Assembly: GCF_009914755.1 (NCBI RefSeq)
Contig: NC_060928.1
Origin: the human T2T-CHM13v2.0 reference genome, Homo sapiens
Reading direction: 5' to 3' (one strand)
DNA length: 64,000 bases
Within the stretch, counting starts at the first letter, position 1; every line of letters begins with the position of its first letter. A program made the position numbers and the translations under genes. Positions 13,366-27,789 of this stretch are shown here, piece after piece. The notes below the pieces were generated by a model. It saw only the letters and a program-made list of their open reading frames with translations, was not told the DNA's origin and made no database searches.

Positions 13366-14689
13366 GTTTAAAAAGATGGGTAACAGTCATGGAAATCCAG
13401 TCACTGACTAGGAAGGCAAATATTTAGGCCACCAGAGAGCTATTGGTCTCACTCATAAAGATATCATACCTTGTGTCTTTCTTGTTTAAACCTCAGTTTT
13501 TAAACTTTGTAATAACTTGAAAATATTCTTTCATGGTGTTAGGAATTATGCTTTTATTTACCTTATCTTTGGTAATCCTATCTATTCATATACCCTTTTT
13601 ATAAATGTTATCTTTCTAAAGGAAGAAAAAAATCAAATATTCAAAGTCAGTGCTTTTGCAAGATTTTATAGGCACCAGCCATTGTAGGCATAATTTTTTC
13701 ATATCTTGAATAAATACTAGGATGCCTTAGAAGCTTCTGGAGGAAGCTGACTACTTAAATGTCAGTTATCCAAGTACAACAACAAAAACGAAGTCCATGG
13801 TAATTTCAAGCCACATAACAGTGAGTCGGGATATCTTCATTGAACCCAGGCTTTGAGTTTATCCCAGGCTACAGAGGCCCACATAATTTGATCCTAATTA
13901 ACACAGGCCGGACATGATAGAGAATTTCCTAAATCCCACTCCTAACTTCCAAGGTTTAAGACTTTTTTTGTGGAGAAAACCAATGATCTTGACATAAAGC
14001 ATTGTCAGCCTATAGCCCACAGGTCTTTGCAATATCTTAACAACAGTGTATTCATGTTTTTGCTTTCTGTCCCTGGAGAAGGTTGCATCAGTCAAATCAT
14101 CTTCCACTTGCTTGCTAAATAAATCTGGTAACACAGGCAATATATCCTCCTGATTCAAATGGCCTTGCTTGTTGAAATGCAACAGCAATAGGCCTTGAGA
14201 ATGAAGGATATTCTGGATTTCAGAGGCATACTGCCTGGTTATGAACATTAAAGACATTGTGCAGGTGTTTACACCCTAACTAGTCTTTTATGGTAAGCTA
14301 TCAACTGTGCATCACAGATTACTAATGAGAGAAGAAATGCCTGTTCCACTGATGTAGCTTAAGTAAGTAGTGTGCAGTTCAGTTCTGGAAAAGATGCCAT
14401 CACTGCCATTTATAAGCAGTATGTTACCCTTCGTTTTCACATTTTCTAGCAAAAGTTTAATAATTTATTTTGATTTTAGAAAAACAAACACAGGAAGCAA
14501 AACTTTATCACCACTAGATCAGCGATACCTATGCCAAATAAGATATAACAATCAATGTGTTAACTTAGAAAACAATTTTTAAACTAACATGACTATAATC
14601 ACATGTATTTTTAGAAATTTTGTGTAAACAAGCCTTCCAAAAGACAGTTTGGTAGGAAATCTCCCTCAGTGTTTCCATGCATGGCAGCC

Positions 14690-15085
14690 ATCAAAATGTG
14701 CTGCTCTCATCTCTTGCAGGAAGCATGCTTGATTGATGGCCACTGCTGCTGTCTCTCTACATTGGCCATTGTGGTTGCTCCTAACCAATGACTAAGTATA
14801 GCAGGATTTCTCAGGCAGACCCATTCTGGTAAGACATGACACTCTTCCAATGGGCATCTTTACTTCGAAGGCTTCCCATTGGCCTGGTTAAACATCCTTT
14901 GTGCCTGCGCTACAGTCGCCATTCTTTCTACCCAATACTCCTTCCTTCCCTCTCTCCTTCCACAGAGGTCAGACTCATGTCACAATTTGAAGGTTCTCTG
15001 TGCCTTCTCTTGCTCCCTTCACCAATAAATCTCTTATACACCTAATTCCATTTTGGTGTCTGCTTCTCAGTCAACCTAAGTGAAC
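14690..15085 (+). mobile_element. LTR16-like ERVL solo LTR
   Basis: GCAGGAAGCATG, GGCAGACCCATTC, CCAATAAATCTCTT...TAATTCCATTTTGGTGTCTGCTTCTC. Confidence 0.7.
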
Positions 15086-15124
15086 GCATCATCCAAACTT
15101 TCACAGCCCTCTCATTAGAAGTTT

Positions 15125-15450
15125 TTTTATTCATTAAGTATTTACTAAGCAGCTATCTGTTCCAGGCAGTGTCCTATTCACTGGAGATATAGATGTTGCA
15201 CTAACAGAGAACATATACATTAGATATAGATTTTATGTTACCAAGGAAAATATACATTAAATTAATAATTATGAATGTAATGAAAAAGGAGTCCTATGGA
15301 AGCACAATTTGGGGGATCAAATAAATTCTAAAATTTGAAGATGGTCACCCACACTGAGAGAGTTTTAAGCATAGACTTGAAAGAGGTGTGGACATTAGCT
15401 ATGTAAGCTGAAAAAAAGGAAAGAGCTTACTAAGCAAATTCTGAGGAAAG
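15125..15450 (-). mobile_element. L2 fragment
   Basis: TTCATTAAGTATTTACTAAGCAGCTATCTGTTCCAGGCAGTG. Confidence 0.6.
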
Positions 15451-16830
15451 AAAGCTAATGGCTTATTCTTCCAGCTTATGGGAATCCAGTGTGAACTGAA
15501 AGAACCCCCAGTAAATTCAACATTATAAATAATTTCTGAAGAACGTATATATGAAGTTCTCCCTGGATTCACTTTTTTTCCCCGGTAAAGTATTTGGGAT
15601 AAGTATCTTACTTTAACATCCTCCAACCCCATTTCAGTTCTAACTGCACATCCCATAAATGTACTATATCAGATCCCTGTAACTTACAACATAGCAGAAT
15701 CATTCTAATTGTACAGAATATTGTAAAGAATATTGACTAATTATACAGACTATTGGCTAATGGTGCTATATCAAATAAGCCAGCGGCTCTCATGTTTTCC
15801 AGCAACTATTTTCCTTAAGAATAAGCTTTGCACTTTATTTCTAGAATCTTCTTCATCCTTGTTATGTGATTGTCTACAAAGATGTCTCTGACTTAAATCG
15901 AGCACTAATCTGAAACATTCTTAAGTACATTCCCCTTTTTTAAGCTGTTAAATCCTCTCTTATTGTCACTCACCTGGCTACTACTATTTTTGTAACAAAC
16001 ATTTGAAAGAGGGAATATTTTTGTTTAGAATGATATTTGCAGTATGCTTTCCTTTATCCTGTGCAAGAAAGCTTTCCTTTACCCCAGGAAAAAAAAATGC
16101 TGGTCTTGAAGTCAGAAATTGTCTTTCACATCTAGGGTTCTACCTCTTACTGACTATATGGATTCAGGCTACACCCATTTATGCATTACATATTTATTAT
16201 TTGTTACATATCATCCATTGTGATAATTATTGGCAATACAAGTTGTTACAAGCAATATTCCTTTTTATCAAGAAACCCAGCCATTAAACAATTTTCGCCT
16301 CATTTCCTCATTCAAAGAGGGTTATAATGGCATATTCAATCCAAGTTATTGACATATTTAACAATTATTTAATAAACATCTGTACATGTTTAACTTTAAT
16401 AACTCATTTATGAAAGCATCTGACATTGGTAGGGGCTGAAAAAATATTTGTTTGCGAATCTGATGTGCTACCCTTTAGTAGGCTAATGACACAAAAATGG
16501 CATTTAAATTGGCAATAAATTAATCTTCTCAGGCTTAGTTTCCCCCAAAATAAGTTTTCTTTTGAAACCTAAGTTCCAAATGAAGCAGTCAATTGTCTGG
16601 TTGGATGGCCCATATAAGAGGACTAGCTGTAAAATTCAGGTCTAACATGAAGACTTTAAGTCATGTTTACCTAATTTCTCTATTTCCATTTCTTCTATTA
16701 GCAAGAATTTTCTAAAGGTCTTTTCAACTTCTGATACCTATTGGTGAAAGGGAAAGACTATACAGAAAAAGAACAATAATATTTATTAAAAACTTCCTAT
16801 ATGCCAGCCTCCAGGCAGAACTCTCTATAT

Positions 16831-16844
16831 TATCTATCTATCTG

Positions 16845-16895
<51 letters not shown>

Positions 16896-16945
16896 GCATA
16901 CACACACACAAACACGCGCACATATAAACCACACACATTCACATA
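16831..16945. repeat. (TCTA)n tetranucleotide STR followed by imperfect (CA)n
   Basis: About 15 TCTA/TCTG units read directly. Confidence 0.95.
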
Positions 16946-17656
16946 CCACGAATGTAAAAAATAATCTAAAAAATATTTGGGGAATTAAGAAAAGTGTTTT
17001 TTCATTTGAATTATACAGTTACTTGCCTCAGGTTGACTTTAAGTTCTGTTTAGAAAAGACTTTTGAGTATATTCAATTCAGTATTATTTAAAATAGCACC
17101 AAAATGCATTCCCTTAAAAGCACTAGTTATCATGTTTTACTAAGCATAATAATAAATCCGTCATCTTAATCTGCCTTTTCTATTATTAATTATAATGCAG
17201 CTATTAGGTTAACAATGATATTGCTAAATAAGGTATGCTAATTGTACATCTAGGATAAAAGTTTAAGAAAAATTTTATCTTTGTTCAAGAAAATTACTGA
17301 GGGATAAATATAGTGTAATGATATCTGGCAATACCTTTCAGAGAACATCAAAGGAACTGTTTTTAAATAGAAACAGGACACTAAGGACATATTACCAAAA
17401 AATTTAGCATATTATAAAATGTAAATAAAGTGTAAAATAACATTATAAAGTACGTAGAATTTTGAATAATAAAATAAATTAAGATGGGATTTCAAGTGGT
17501 CATTTGGTTTAGAATTCTGGCATATTTCAATTTCAATTATAGTCCATAAATTATGAAAAAAATTTAAACACTTAAAACACATCAGAGAGAGATACAAAGG
17601 TAGTTGCAGCTTGAAGCAATATCACTTTAAGCAGTCTCTCTTGTTTAGATTTCCTC

Positions 17657-17995
17657 TACTCTTAGTCCATTTTCTGCTGCTGTAATAGACTACTACAGAC
17701 TGGGTAATTTATAAAGAACAGAAGTTTATTTGGCTCATGGTTATGTAGGCTGAGAAGTCCAAGAGCATGGCGCCAGGTCATCCCATGATGAAAGGTATCA
17801 CATGGCAAGACAGCAAATGGAAGCCAAATGTTTCCCTTTACCAGAAATCTATTGCCACAATAACCAGCCATTAATTCATTCATGGGGGCAGAGCTCTTAA
17901 GACCTAATCACCTCTTAAGGGCCCCACCTCCCCAAACCATCACACTGGCCATTAAATTTCAGCATGAGTTTTACAGGGGACATTCAAACTATGCT
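17657..17995 (-). mobile_element. MSTC/MSTD-like MaLR solo LTR
   Basis: CTTAGTCCATTTTCTGCTGCT...GACTGGGTAATTTATAAAGAACAGAAG...CCTAATCACCTCTTAAGG. Confidence 0.85.
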
Positions 17996-18092
17996 CTTAT
18001 AGCAAACGTATAAACTGAAAACATTTATTTGGATAATTGCTATCATTTGGACATCAATTTGTTTGCAAAATGTCATTAACTTGGATCTAAAT

Positions 18093-18317
18093 CAGGAGTC
18101 AGTAGGCAAACTATCTAAAAGGCCAGTTAACAGGTTTTCCTTGCCAGAGGATTTCTGTCACAACTACTCAATTGTGCTGTTGTAGAGAAAAAGCAGTCTT
18201 AGACAATATGCAAGCAAATGGGTGTGGCTGTGATCCAATAAAAGTTTGATCACAAAAAAGAAAGAAAAAAAAGTGGCCAGCTACATTTGGCCCAGGCAAT
18301 AGTCTGCTGACTACTCG
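18093..18317. mobile_element. MER58A hAT-Charlie MITE
   Basis: CAGGAGTCAG..GCAAACTA ... AAATGGGTGTGGCTGTG.TCCAATAAAA ... TAGTCTGCTGAC; TSD-like TCTAAAT/TCTAAAC. Confidence 0.8.
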
Positions 18318-18479
18318 TCTAAACAGCAAGTAGTATATATTAAAGGCTTACAGCTAATTATTTAGTGTTAGTCTTCCTTTCTCAGTAGAAATACATGTGT
18401 TTGAGGTATTTTTAGGTTTGGGGCTTTTTAAATGAATGTTTTAAAAAGTTGGATGTCCTTGTTTTTATCTACAGTCCTT

Positions 18480-19090
18480 CAAATTAGCAAATATTTATTC
18501 GTCATTTACCCTAGGCTGGCTACCATTCTAGGTGTTGATGTATCTCAGTGAACAACAGTCAAAGACTTTTGCCTCATGCTTATATCCCAGTGGAGGAGAG
18601 ATTAATAATAAAAGTAAACATCATATAAATAAATTATAGAGTATGTTAGATGATGATACATGCTTTGGAAACAGAATCAAAGTAGAAGAGGGTAATGAGG
18701 ATAAGAGGCGGATGGAAGATGGATGGCAATGTGCTTTATGAAATCAGGCTGTTAGGGCAGACTTTGTGGTGAAGCTGAATTTAAGCCGACTGGAAGGAGA
18801 TAGAGGAGTTAGCCATGCGCATATCTTGGAAGAGCGTCCAGGCGGAGGAAAGGCTGGATCCAAGACCTGTGCCTATGTGAGCTGTGAACAGATAGAGAGA
18901 CAATGTGACTGGAGAGGAGTGAGCGGTAAGCAAGGACAGACAGAGGACAGTCAGAAGGATTGGGTCAGAGAGACCAGAGGTGGGAGCAGGACCTTGAGAG
19001 CCATTGTAAAGACTTCACTTTTGCCCCAAAATATATGAGGGACTCCTGCAAGATTTTAAGCAGAAGGGTGACTTTAGCTGGTTTATATCA
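18480..19090 (-). mobile_element. L2a fragment
   Basis: AGCAAATATTTATT, CAGTGAACAA, GGAGTTAGCCATGCG, GCCATTGTAAAGACTT. Confidence 0.8.
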
Positions 19091-20784
19091 TCAGAGAGAC
19101 TGCTTCACTTTTATGGCTTTAGACCCTAAAATGGAAGTTAAATATGGTGGTATCTCAAAGTGATTGTGGCTAGCAGTGTCACTGGAGGTGGAGAAACCAG
19201 GTTTTGTAACACATTCAGGGTACGTGTATTCTACTCTTTGTATTGAAGAAATTCATACTAGTTTCTTTTTTTTTTTTTTTTTTTCAGAAATAAAATTCTC
19301 CATTTCCCAGAGACCTCTAGAAAAGAACTCTCTACCTCTTCATGGGAATATACTTTTGCTGCAAGAAAATAAAATGTTTTCTCTTTATCTCTTCATGGCA
19401 GACCTAAGTGTGAGAAAAAGGTTGCTGGTGATTTACCACACCACAGCCTGAGTACACCCAGGCACGCATCTTTAAAACATGCCCAAAGATATCTCTGTGA
19501 AATGTATTCAGTAGTGGATTCCAGTATTCACAGCCTTCATTTACACAGTTCACTTTATTTAATTTGTACTTACTGGTAATATTAAGTAATCAGAGTTCAT
19601 ATCCTTGGGAAAATTCTCCCCTGAAGGCCAATTCATTCGTAATAAAAACCACATTTTGAGCAGTGAGTGAATCCAGCTGGTTGCACTAGTAAGCCATTTT
19701 CATTTTTTATAGCACATTTCAGCTTTCCAAGTATTGCATATTTGTATGGGAGAAATGTTTTCTGAAGTCAAGCTTAATGAAACATGAAGTCAATGATATA
19801 TGCAAACATCTATTTATTCCTCTGCTGTCTGGGAAGTTTTGATCAAGAAAACACTTCTGCTCATTAGAGAATTGACCAGATGCAGTGCTATTAACATTTC
19901 TGTGATCAAATAAAGCTCACCCAGATGAAACAAGAATTGCAACACTAACAGCCTGGAAGCACTCAACCGTGGAGATATTACCCCCAAAAGTGAAGCATGC
20001 TAAGATACAAAACAAACTGACTTCAAGCACATCTGATTAACATGGCCATTGTTAACTTTCCCACTACTTGGGCAGACTTTAAACCTGCTTATGGATAAAC
20101 AGTCATATGATGCTGGTATAAGAACCTTCATTTTATATCAGTGTAATTCCTCTAATGCACATGTTCTTCATGTTTTATAGAAAATCTGCAATTTGATTAT
20201 TTTTGTTTACTCCCTCAGTACATGTACCCTGAGACAAAACTAAACTGATTCCATATATAGAATCTTCAAAAACAAATTTTGTTAAAGATGTGTTTTTGTT
20301 AGAAGTTTTAGCAAAACTGTGTTAAGTTAGAAAGACACAAGTAATTTATAACTTCATGGCCAATTTAATGTCACATCTTTCCCCAGTCTTCTCTCCTCCA
20401 TATTTGTCTACATTCTTACTATCATTTTCTGCTTATTCTTTGCTCATTACTATATTTGATAATACCAACAATAAGGCATTTTAAAAGTTTGTTGCTGATT
20501 TGACTAAGAACATCTCAGTAATCCAACTAAACTGTACTTCACTGTGTGATTTTAGAATGCTTTTCACTAAGTTTAGCAAAAAGCTTCAGAGTATTGTTAG
20601 GATCCTTTTGAAGTAGTTTTTTTTTTTCTTTTGTTAGTAATACGTACCATCAAACACACACGTTCTTGTGTGCTACTTATCAGACCACTCAGATGAGTGC
20701 GCGAGATGGTTCGTTCATTGTGGCCGGCCTCCTCTCTCCCTGCTCATGTACCCAACCAAATGCTCATTGTCCTCACACTGCATG

Positions 20785-21606
20785 TGTATTCAGTCGACTC
20801 CCAGCAGGAAATCGACAACACCCTCAAGATAGCTGAGGAGCAAGCGGAAAATAAGGACTATTTAAAAGATGCGGACGGGGCTTAGAGAAAGCAACAGGGA
20901 TGAGTGCTCCAGCCTAGGGATCCTAACAGTGGAGCTATCACTATTCTTACCGTTGAAGGCGAAGGAGAGGGGGATCTTACTGAGATCCACAGAGACAGAG
21001 ACAGAGACACCTGTCCAGGGAAGGAAGACCTCTTCATGGGAGTTGTGTACTTTGGTTGAGGGATGCAACCCCCCTATGACAACCTCTAAGAGAGGGAGCC
21101 AATGAAATAAATACCACAACTTCATGCTCCTCCATCCCTCTGATCTCTTCTCAGTTTCCCTCATTTGCTGAATCCAACCAGAAGTCAGAGGGCAAGGCAG
21201 CCTTTTGATGCATTCCTCACAGGCCAAGCTCCCAGGACACAGAACAAATTGGAGAGGATAGAGAAAGGATCTCAAAAGGCAAAGGGAACTGGGCACAATG
21301 GTACACACCTGTAGTTCCAGCACTTTGAGAGGGAGAGGTGGGAGGATCACTAGAGACAAGAAGTTTGAAACCAACCTGGGCAACATAGCAAGACCCTGTC
21401 TCTACCAAAAAATGTAAAAATTAGCTGGCCATGGTGGTACATGCCTGTAGTCCTAGCTACTAGGAACACTGAGACACGAGGATAACTTGAGCACAGGAGT
21501 TTGAGGCTTACAGTGAGCTATGATTACACCACTGCACCACAGTCTGTATGACAGAGCGAGACCCTGTCTCAAAATAAATGAGAGATAAATGGGGGATTTT
21601 CAGCAC
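20785..21606 (-). mobile_element. LTR33-like ERVL LTR interrupted by AluJ
   Basis: TGTATTCAGTC..CCAGCAGGAAA, AAGGACTATTTA, GGAAGTCAGAGGGCAAGG; resumes ..TTCAGCACA after the Alu. Confidence 0.65.
21286..21577 (+). mobile_element. AluJ
   Basis: GGGAGGATCAC, AACATAGCAAGACCCTG, GAGCTATGATT (J diagnostics). Confidence 0.93.
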
Positions 21607-22959
21607 AAATTCCAAATAAAGTTCACTGTTCACTTGGATAGTGGACAGAAATATTCAGGTAAGCTGTGTGATTAGAAGGGGTTCTTTCTGAAATTCTTGC
21701 AGTTGCTGAATCTGCTTATGCTCCCTTAAAGGTCTCTTGAGGATTATATAAGAATCACAATATGTGTTATCAATTTCAGTCACCAGCCCTTCCAATACAT
21801 CTGTGATAAGCATGCTGTTGCTAATGTATTGTTTTTTATTTTAAGTGACTAGTTGGCACCTAGCCTTAAGTTAGTGGAACTACTTAGGCATTGACAGAGG
21901 TTCAAAACATGAGCTTGAAGGAAATCAGTTTAAGGACATTTTAGATGGCTATTGGCACTATTCAAACTTTACCCTCTTCAACAAAAGAATAGACTTCACA
22001 ATGTCATTAAGTTTTAAAATCACTTTGAGGTTTTTTTTATTAATTCTTTTTGTAAAATCCCTAGTTCACACTCCCTAAAAATTAAGCTGTTCAAGGAAGC
22101 CTCCAATAATGTCAAGCCATTCTATAGATCACCAGAGATGAGCCAAGTCTCTGTACCAAATATCTATGGGGTGTCATTCTAGGCCAGATAATTTTCTAGA
22201 CATAGAGGTACCCATTGTTCTAAGAAACCAAAGTCTGTTCCAAGAGTCACAAACACTTGAGTTATAGGCAGGTGTTTGGTTAGATGACACATGCTTTTGT
22301 TTTTAATTAAATTAATATCTTCAGGTGTGTTATGTGCTCTCAACTTCAATGTAGTGTGTTACCTGGCTGCATCTTCTGAAATTTGAGTTTATGACCCCTG
22401 GTCTATTCTCAGAAGACAAAGCTCTGATCTTGTGTAAAAGTACAGAAAAGAAGAAAAGCATTCTGATCAATCACTCTTTTTCTGCCCTAAATTTTAATAT
22501 AGAGCAATCTAATCTGGGCTCCATTATAAAATGTCAGCTATAAGGACTAACATAATTTAACTGATTTTTTTATGATGTTAGACTTTTAGGGATTTTTTTC
22601 ATTTTATTATGTTATAGAGCACAGCTAACTATATGTTCAATGACAACAGTGTGAGTTATTCTAAATGGCACACTAGATCCCCCATTCTTAATTGAATAGC
22701 CTAAGGTAGATTTAGTTCATCTTATCTAATCAAGATTCCTGAGGTTCCAAAGGAAATATTCATTCTTATTTTGGCTCACATAGAATAACACAAGATCTCT
22801 AGGGTAAAACACAATTTTCATTGGAATTGTTTACCCTTTGAGAGAGTAAATTGTCAGAATTTTCTTGGCTTTTTCAGGCTGCAGCTGTATATCTTATTCT
22901 GATTGTATTTTCAAAGTACTTTTCTCTTTTCAATTGCTCTACAAGTGCTTGGAGACTCC

Positions 22960-23225
22960 CTGGCATTCTCAGATTCTCAACACAACTCCTCAACTCAGGG
23001 AGAACACAAGTCTCTTTCAATCCTCTTCCTGGGTTTTCCCTCCAGTCAGTAAACTGAAACCATCATAGAGTTTACCAGGTTTATTTTCCCTCTTTTAGGG
23101 ATCCTCCCTTGTGCTGTCTCATGTCAATCTTTGAACACCATTATTTCATATATGGTTTTCAGTTGGTTGGTGGTATCTGGAGGGAGAGTAAATCTGGACC
23201 ATCTTCAACTTGACTAGATCCAAGT
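22960..23225 (-). mobile_element. Old L1M 5'-end fragment (probable)
   Basis: TTTTCCCTCTTTTAGGGATC...CATTATTTCATATAT...GGAGGGAGAGTAAATCTGG resembles antisense L1M 5' ends. Confidence 0.45.
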
Positions 23226-24839
23226 ATGCTTTCTTTGTGTGTGATTTTAAAACATCAAAGTAATCGCTATCTTATCTTTAAATCACACCAATAGGATGTT
23301 TAAGGGGAGCGTAATTATGTTCACATAAAATCTTTGAGGAAATTGATAGTTACTTGTAACTACTTCACTCCTTTATTGGACATGACAGCATTAGAATCAA
23401 GTCCCTCTCAAAGGAGAAGAGAGAGATAGGTGGAGGGGGCACTGCATCCAACCATAATTTTTCTCTAAACAATTATGTCAAAAAAGGACATTTTTACCTT
23501 GAAACATAAGTAGTTCGAGGTTTTAAAAAAATTACTTCTATATAAGGTTATTATGCATAACCTTTTCCCTAATCCTTTTGTTAAATTATTTCTTCAGAAC
23601 ACTGTTCCCATTTTCTTTTCACATAAAAGATTAAATTGTTTTAATCTAGAGCTAAAAATTTCCAAATGAGTTGAAGATATATAAATATAGATTTGACAGT
23701 ATATTATTAATGTCACCTTATCAAACACACCCTTCAGTGTGAACTTTCTGTAGCAGATTTTTGGTGCATAAATTTACTGCTTGGGTGAACATACAAATAT
23801 CAGACAAAATTTCCAAGGTCAATTTTAAAGGAGGAATTGAAAAGCAAGTCACAAAAAACATATTCTCAGTAATGTTTCAGGAAAAGCAATGTGACTTTTC
23901 AAGATAATTTTAAATAGTTTTTATCATAAATATACATCTTAATTGTTAAAAGTTTTAAAATACAAATAAAAAGGGAGAATAAAAGTAAAATACCCTGAAT
24001 TTCAGAATCAGAAAAAAAAAAACACTATTGACATTTTGATATATTTCCTTCCAGTCTTCATTTTTCTTTATTCATATAGGTGTTGATTTAATATGTTTAT
24101 TTTTATTGTAAAATAATGGAATTAAATTGTATGTTTTGTAAACTTGCTTTTTAAAAATGTTTATATCAGCTCATAGGCTTCTAATAGCTTCAGTTCTCTT
24201 TTCCTGTTCTAATATTTACATTATGCTTGCAGAAACTTCTCTTCTGTTTAAAAGCCAGATGTTTATCACTTGTACCTGTTACAAAACCTGACATGGAAAG
24301 GAGCAAATTGCAAGTTTAGTAAATAGAGAAGTAGTTGTTATTTTAGAAGAAAAAACGAGACCAGTATCCAAAATTTTAGTCTGTGCACTAAATAAAATAT
24401 TCAAGGTAACACTCAACTTTATTAATCAACTTTTTGTTGAACCAATATTTTCCTTTAGGGTGGACAATTTTTCTAAAGCTATGTTTTAGGAACTTCCCTT
24501 GTATAATTTTTGTTTAATAAAAGACTGGTAGAAATAAGTTAGGCATGCTAATCCTCTAAGACATGTCAGGCTAGCACATAATAAATAGCCCACCTCTTCC
24601 ACTTCTCCCACGGTCGGTATTAAAAGGGAGGTTTTAAGCTAGGAGGGTGGCATCGAGATGGCACCAACAGCTCATGAGAACCCTCAAGTATTCAAACCCT
24701 ACATGAATGAAGAAAACTCCTATTACTCAGTAATATGTAAAAGAAGACAGTATTAACAACATGCTTCTCAGCGTGGATGGGAAAAAGGATATTTCTAATA
24801 AGTAGGGATATGCATTCTTTGCATCTGTGTTTCCCAGTC

Positions 24840-25000
24840 AGCCTGATCGAATCAATCACCTAGGGAATTTTTTAAACACCCAGATCCCTCGTCTCAACCC
24901 CAGAACTACTAAATCAAATGTTTCAGGAAAGAATCTATTTTTTTAATCCCCACTCCCCAGGCAATTCTAATGATGTGGTTAGCTTGGGGGAAAAAACACT
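24840..25000. mobile_element. MER5-like MITE fragment
   Basis: AATCACCTAGGGAA..AAACACCCAGAT..CCCCAGAACTACTAAATCA..TCCCCAGGCAATTCTAATG. Confidence 0.65.
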
Positions 25001-25480
25001 TTATATGAATAAAATATTTTCAAGTATTAAACTGCAGCAAATAATGTGGTTCCAAAATGATACTGAGTGCATTCATCTCTGCTGATTCACAAAAAGTGCT
25101 TTACAGTCTTGCTGGATCTTAAGAGCAGCATTAAGAACACACATTATGGAAACTGTTGAAACGATAAATTTTGATATGTGTTTTTTTAACCAAATAATAA
25201 AGAATATACATTATGATGGGATTGTAAGGAATATTGTTCTGTTTAACAGATAATGATTTTTTATAGAAATTTCATGGGTATCATTGCTATTCAGGTCATT
25301 TTAGGATGTTCTACAACATTCACATTTGACTTAGGCTGATTAGCAAAGCACAGTTGTTACCAAACTTTAAGTGATCCTATATAAATGTATTTGCAGCAAT
25401 GATGTGAATCACGCATTTTGATTCATCGCCACATTAATTAGTAATATTTCTTATAAAATAACTCTTTACTTTCCTGCTAG

Positions 25481-25930
<450 letters not shown>

Positions 25931-26413
25931 TAAGAAAAAGATACAGATATATTTGCTGTGATGGGTCAGCTGAGTGAGACAGATGCCCTCACAATAATGA
26001 GCAAGCTTATCAAAAACCAGAACTTAAGGAAAACGTTCTCTCTTCTTAGAAATATGTCTTCTTCTAAGTTTCCAAGTCGTGGTTTGGGAATAGTTTGCGC
26101 CGACAGCCATAAATCTTGACCAGCTTGTTGCTATTTGCCCTGGTTACTAACAATTCAAGCAAATCTAGTAATCACTGATCGCAACTCACCACTTTTCCTG
26201 GTTTTGTTTTTTGGGGTTTTGTTTGTTTGTTTGTTTTTTACCTTATGGTAGCCTTACCCAGTCCTCCATTTCAGTCCTTACGTAAGACTGCTTTTTATTC
26301 CAAATCCTTTAATACTATAATTGTATGTCAATATATGAGATAGTGTTAATATAAACTTAGCATCTATTAAAATTTGCTTCTGTTCAGCTTTAAAAGTGCA
26401 TACTACCTTTTAC

Positions 26414-26665
26414 CTCATAATACAAATGGAGAAGAACACATTCTGTGAAGCTGATTTTTCTTCCACTAGAAAAGTCAGATTATGGAGAATGGCATCAGCA
26501 AGGTAGCAGGGCATAGTGCAGACCACACAGCAACAAATGAGATGCCAAATTTGGGGCCACATGTTTTGAGCAAATGTGCCTTCAGCTTTCCTTCCTTTAA
26601 TCAGTAAACTGACTAAAAGCAAGCTGCATACATTTCCCTGGAGATAAGGTACATGCTTTGAAACA
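26414..26665 (-). other. Candidate spliced exon (252 nt), probably non-coding
   Basis: Minus-strand acceptor cttccttgttcttttgcag| and donor GAG|gtaaaa; unique sequence; no recognised product. Confidence 0.35.
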
Positions 26666-27339
26666 CTGCAAAAGAACAAGGAAGACAGATTTATTATATG
26701 CCATTTCTTTCAGTCTGGCATGCAGATGATAAGATTCCTCTGTTTTCATTAATTATAAAACAACAGTCCTGCTCTTAGTTTGGGAACACAAACAGTCAAA
26801 ATTTTATTTCCATGAACCCTAACTCATATCTATTCCTTAACTAGCTAATTTTTATTATTTTCTCCTTTTTAAAAATTGATTCATTAGGTATAATAGCATC
26901 AATGACCTCAGTAACTAGTTATATGTATACTACATTGGTATATGGTATGTTGGTACATAGCATATATATTGGAACATGGTACATTCTCTTTCATTACTTT
27001 GAGGCTATGTATTAAATTGTGCTAAATTTTTCAGGGAGTTTTTATTTTGTTAATTCTAAGACTTAAACCCTAATGCGTTATCATGATGGATATCTTTTCT
27101 ATGGGAGAAGGACTGGACTGGCATCTAAATCATTATCTCTGCAAAAACTATTCTGTGATAAGATGCATCATAAATCACTCTGATGAGTAACTCACAAAAC
27201 CCAAATGAAACTAACCACATTATTGAGGCAGATCAGTTTTTGGTGTGCCTTATATTTATGGTACGGGTGGATTGTGGGCAAGGGAGGCCTGAGTAACAGG
27301 AGAGATGATGGGAGGACTACTGGGTATGAGTCCACTTCA

Positions 27340-27520
27340 GTAGAGGCTTGCCAAACGCTATCTCATTTACTAAAGAAAGATAATTTTGACAGATAGATAC
27401 GATCATTCCCATTTTACAGATGAAGTTACGGAGGCTAAGCCATGTCGAAGGATTTTTAGCAATTCATATGAGTTCTACATAGAAGAGCAGGGACTAGAAC
27501 AGAAATCTGTCTGCAAAACA
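27340..27520 (+). mobile_element. MIR
   Basis: CCCATTTTACAGATGAAGTTACGGAGGCT core. Confidence 0.8.
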
Positions 27521-27751
27521 TTTACTCAGTTTACTAGATCACCCTCAACAAAGCTCTCTTTTTATTATCGTCACAATTATTAATATATAATATTTCCTCT
27601 CAGTCTACATTATGAAACAGTGTCATTACCATTCTACTCTTAAAATCTACATTCATTGATTACTTTAATTGTGAGAGCAACTCATCCTATTACATCATCA
27701 GTTAACAAAACTACAAATAGAACTTGGGTTTAAAATTCTTAGTGATAAGGA

Positions 27752-27789
27752 GCTCCAGTAGTGCAATTGGTTAGCACACAGTACTTATA
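27752..27789 (+). pseudogene. tRNA-Ile(TAT) 5'-exon retropseudogene (tailless)
   Basis: GCTCCAGTAGTGCAATTGGTTAGCACACAGTACTTATA versus tRNA-Ile-TAT GCTCCAGTGGCGCAATCGGTTAGCGCGCGGTACTTATA; differences are transitions, mostly at CpG; flanked by AAATTCTTAGTGATA / AAATTCTCAGTAATA. Confidence 0.88.

Noticed and set aside
20862-21386. Longest ORF in the track (174 aa)
   Set aside because: Spans an AluJ and an LTR33-like element and starts at a non-ATG codon.
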